From: an uncultured Candidatus Saccharibacteria bacterium
GTDB lineage: Bacteria; Patescibacteriota; Doudnabacteria; UBA920; 2-01-FULL-46-14
Length of the DNA stretch: 64,000 bases
Direction of reading: 5' to 3'
NCBI GenBank assembly: GCA_964565195.1
Contig: CAZMCQ010000003.1
Coordinates: 24,080 to 88,079, forward strand
The translations under genes were made by a program, and so were the position numbers. Shown here in pieces: positions 61,624 through 64,000 of the stretch. The notes beneath the pieces are model-generated. The model had not been told where the DNA came from, searched no databases, and was given only the letters and a program-made list of their open reading frames with translations. The first letter of the stretch is position 1, and each line of letters opens with the position of its first letter.

Positions 61624-62769
61624 ATGAAGAAGGTTTTGGTGGCAATGTCTGGTGGCGTAGATTCGTCGGTCGCAGCCGCGCTGCTCAAAACGCAGGGGTA
61701 TTTCGTCGCGGGCGCGTACATGAAAAATTTCAGCCCCGAGGCGTGGCAGGGTGTGATTGCCAGCGAGTGCCCCTGGGAGCAGGATGTGGCGGACGCGGAA
61801 GGGGTCTGTAACAAGCTCGGCATCGAGTTTCGGTCATTTAATTTCGAGCGGGAATATAAAGAAAAGGTCATCGAGTATTTTTTCCGCGAGTACGCCGCCG
61901 GCCGCACGCCCAATCCGGACGTGATGTGCAACCGGGAGATCAAATTCGGCCTGTTTCTAAACAAAGCGCTGGAGCTGGAATTTGATTACATCGCGACGGG
62001 ACACTATGCAAGGGTTCGACCTCTCCCCCAACCCCTCCCCAGGCCTGGGGAGGGTGGCCGGAGGTCGGGAGAGGTCGCAGGCTTTGAATTATCGAAAGGT
62101 ATTGATTCCAACAAAGATCAATCCTACTTTCTCTACCAGCTAAATCAGTTCCAACTTTCGCATTCTCTTTTTCCCATTGGCGGATACACCAAGCCGCAGG
62201 TCAGAGCATTGGCTCGCAAATTTGGGCTGCCCAATGCCCAGAAAAAAGACTCGCAGGGGCTGTGCTTTGTGGGACATATTAATCTGGCAGAATTCTTGAA
62301 GCAGCGGATCCCGGAACGGGAAGGGGAGTTGGTCACAACCACCGGCGAAGTGATCGGCACGCACCACGGCGCGGCTTACTATACCATCGGCCAGCGGCAG
62401 GGCCTCGGCGTCGGCGGCGGCGTGCCTTATTATGTCGCACAAAAAGACGTTGCGGCAAACTATGTCATAGTGTCCGAGGGCAAAAAAGACGATCGGCTTT
62501 ATGCAAAAGAAATCCGATTGCGCGACATTCACTGGCTTGTATCAGAAAATGACGGCCGTCCAAATCGTATACAATGCAAAGCGAAGATTCGTTATCACCA
62601 GGAGGACCAGGAGTGCGAGGTCATTTCTCCCCCTGTCCGAGGGGGAGAGCAAGAGGGGGTGGGAGAATTGATCGTGAAATTCACCAACCCCCAGTTCGCC
62701 CGAGCTCCCGGCCAATCAGTCGTGTTTTATGACGGGAGAAAAGTTCTGGGCGGTGGTATAATTCAATAA
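61624..62769 (+). CDS. mnmA: tRNA-specific 2-thiouridylase MnmA with two in-frame family A insertions
   Basis: PP-loop MSGGVDSS, KDQSYFL, catalytic Cys region; insertions RPLPQPLPRPGEGGRRSGEVAG and SPPVRGGEQEGVGE. Confidence 0.85.
   Translation: MKKVLVAMSGGVDSSVAAALLKTQGYFVAGAYMKNFSPEAWQGVIASECPWEQDVADAEGVCNKLGIEFRSFNFEREYKEKVIEYFFREYAAGRTPNPDVMCNREIKFGLFLNKALELEFDYIATGHYARVRPLPQPLPRPGEGGRRSGEVAGFELSKGIDSNKDQSYFLYQLNQFQLSHSLFPIGGYTKPQVRALARKFGLPNAQKKDSQGLCFVGHINLAEFLKQRIPEREGELVTTTGEVIGTHHGAAYYTIGQRQGLGVGGGVPYYVAQKDVAANYVIVSEGKKDDRLYAKEIRLRDIHWLVSENDGRPNRIQCKAKIRYHQEDQECEVISPPVRGGEQEGVGELIVKFTNPQFARAPGQSVVFYDGRKVLGGGIIQ
62017..62075. repeat. GC-rich palindromic element, family A copy 7 (in-frame in mnmA)
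   Basis: cgacctctcccc...cccctcccc-aggcc-tggggaggg...gggagaggtcg nested hairpin. Confidence 0.65.
62618..62665. repeat. GC-rich palindromic element, family A copy 8 (in-frame in mnmA)
   Basis: tctccccct-gtccg-agggggaga plus caagagggggtgggag. Confidence 0.6.
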
Positions 62770-62786
62770 AGCAAGAAGGAGGGCTT

Positions 62787-62933
62787 ATGCTCGTGCTATT
62801 CGATCGCAGGCGCAAAACGCGCTTTGGAGTTCGGGTAATGGTCATTTTTGGAATCGCCACGCTCCTCGCGATGATCGCGAGCTGGAAGATTGTGGAGTTC
62901 TATTACCGCAGGTTAGCCCCCCAGCGCGGCTAA
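62787..62933 (+). CDS. Small membrane protein (48 aa) candidate
   Basis: Strong AGGAGG RBS at 62775-62780, ATG, single TM (VMVIFGIATLLAMIASW), then hairpin terminator; below ORF-track size cutoff. Confidence 0.3.
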   Translation: MLVLFDRRRKTRFGVRVMVIFGIATLLAMIASWKIVEFYYRRLAPQRG

Positions 62934-62948
62934 AAAATTAGCATTGAC

Positions 62949-62990
62949 AAAACCGCTAGTCTGTGCTAAGATTAGCGGTTTTAATATGGC
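62949..62990 (+). promoter_or_regulatory. Overlapping promoter (TTGACA-17-TAAGAT) and hairpin terminator (aaaccgcta...tagcggtttt)
   Basis: Read directly; upstream of secreted-protein gene starting 63058. Confidence 0.4.
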
Positions 62991-63057
62991 TGGGCATTGT
63001 GCTTTCAGCGTATTAAAAAGCTCTTCGCAATCTCCAGGCCTAAGGAGGGCCAAAAAT

Positions 63058-64000
63058 ATGAAGAAGTTTACTGAACACTGCATTGTTGCACTAGCTTGCT
63101 TTTTGCTGTTGGCATTGCTCGTTTCCGGGCAGTCTGATGATGATACCCTCCGGTCGCTCAAGGCGACGCCGGGAATTCCATTTGGAATGGAGTGCAGACC
63201 ACCAACACAGGTGGTGATAAACGCACCCGCGCCACATTTGGAGTCGTTTTGCTTCGGGACAAACGGCACTGTCACACGTGTCGAGTTGCAGTTTACAAAG
63301 GGGAGCGATATGAATGATGTCAATGTCAGCCTTTTCCTCGACACTGATCAGAATCCGAAAACTGGCAGAGGAGTTTACTATCAGGCGTTTGGGCTGAACT
63401 TTGTAACCCCGAACTTTGGCTGGGACTACGTCGTTGATTACAGTGACAGGCAGAACAGAAACCAAGCCACAATCAGGGACTTGTTTGGATCTGTCGTGGG
63501 ATCGTTTCCAGTAAGGATAAAGGGGCAGATCCTGCAGCTCGATATTCCTCTGTCTGTAATCGAGGACGACGGAAATATGCAACTCGCAGCTCTCGTCGGA
63601 AGCAATCAAGGATATACTTCGGCTGTTGGTCCATGGGACCTTACCGTCGTTGAAGTGAAGATCATCCCGCCGAGTTTCGATTTGCTCCCAGGGATGAACT
63701 TCGACGGAGCGGTCACCGTGAAAACCGGCCCGAACAAAGGCCTGCAGATCTTCGCCATTTACTCGAGATTGAAGCGGCCTACAGGTGCAACACTGGATCT
63801 AATTCTAGGTAGTGGACAAGTAGTGGCTCCGGGGTTGTCGGTTTTTCGCAATAACAATCTCGGCAGCCTGCTTCAGGTGGGGGAGAATGTTTATCAATTC
63901 GTCCTCGAGACGAACCTCGGAGTTTTCGGCGATGAGGCTGTGTACAATGTCAACATTCCCGGGTTTCCACCGCTTCCACCACCGCCCGGTACTGGCATTT
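63058..64000 (+). CDS. Secreted hypothetical protein, 3'-partial (runs off window end)
   Basis: AAGGAGG RBS, ATG 63058, signal peptide CIVALACFLLLALLVSG, open frame to position 64000; not listed in ORF track (no stop in window). Confidence 0.5.
   Translation, partial: MKKFTEHCIVALACFLLLALLVSGQSDDDTLRSLKATPGIPFGMECRPPTQVVINAPAPHLESFCFGTNGTVTRVELQFTKGSDMNDVNVSLFLDTDQNPKTGRGVYYQAFGLNFVTPNFGWDYVVDYSDRQNRNQATIRDLFGSVVGSFPVRIKGQILQLDIPLSVIEDDGNMQLAALVGSNQGYTSAVGPWDLTVVEVKIIPPSFDLLPGMNFDGAVTVKTGPNKGLQIFAIYSRLKRPTGATLDLILGSGQVVAPGLSVFRNNNLGSLLQVGENVYQFVLETNLGVFGDEAVYNVNIPGFPPLPPPPGTGI

Overview
This is a 64-kb chromosomal fragment of a moderately GC-rich bacterium, coded mostly on the + strand. Gene content and architecture suggest Candidate Phyla Radiation / Patescibacteria, but that is inference only. 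The core content is housekeeping. Supported features include: the F-type ATP synthase operon (atpZ-like, atpBEFHAGDC); CCA-adding enzyme; a minus-strand tRNA cluster (Asp, Met, initiator fMet) and a + strand tRNA-Arg(CCG); pyrimidine genes (two pyrE-like PRTases, pyrD, pyrG); rmuC; a late riboflavin/FAD cluster (FAD-synthetase-like, riboflavin kinase, ribE, ribH) followed by two DMT/EamA transporters; a type III PLP decarboxylase; a UvrD-like helicase with a C-terminal PD-(D/E)xK nuclease; a PheS fused to an FDX-ACB domain; gyrB; secE-nusG-rplK-rplA; a dTTP-supply cluster (dcd, dut, tmk, thyA, GIY-YIG, folA); prfB with the classic programmed +1 frameshift; ftsEX; rplI; rpmA; secA; secDF; a VirD4/TraD-like coupling ATPase; and mnmA. 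The most unusual observations: (1) a family of GC-rich CCCCTCCC...GGGAGGGG palindromic elements, eight copies, five of them inserted in-frame inside conserved genes (atpG, a PEP-synthase N-domain gene, the VirD4-like gene 3' end, mnmA twice), analogous to Rickettsia palindromic elements; (2) a low-GC accessory island (~21.0-28.4 kb) carrying a stand-alone PEP-synthase/PPDK ATP-binding domain gene plus three paralogous proteins with a novel N-domain fused to a C-terminal PEP-utilising swivel-His domain (a split, multi-paralog rifampin-phosphotransferase/PEP-synthase-like phosphotransfer system), HAD and histidine phosphatases, a decayed NYN gene carrying a transposase-tail fragment, and a three-gene antitoxin-RelE-PIN module; (3) three further families of small intergenic palindromic repeats (AT-rich ~95-bp element in the atp and rplKA operons; a TATAAGCT-motif hairpin family; a ~70-bp nested GTCATCCTGAG...CTCAGAATGAC palindrome, one copy in-frame inside the helicase gene). 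No CRISPR array, no rRNA and no intact IS element were seen.
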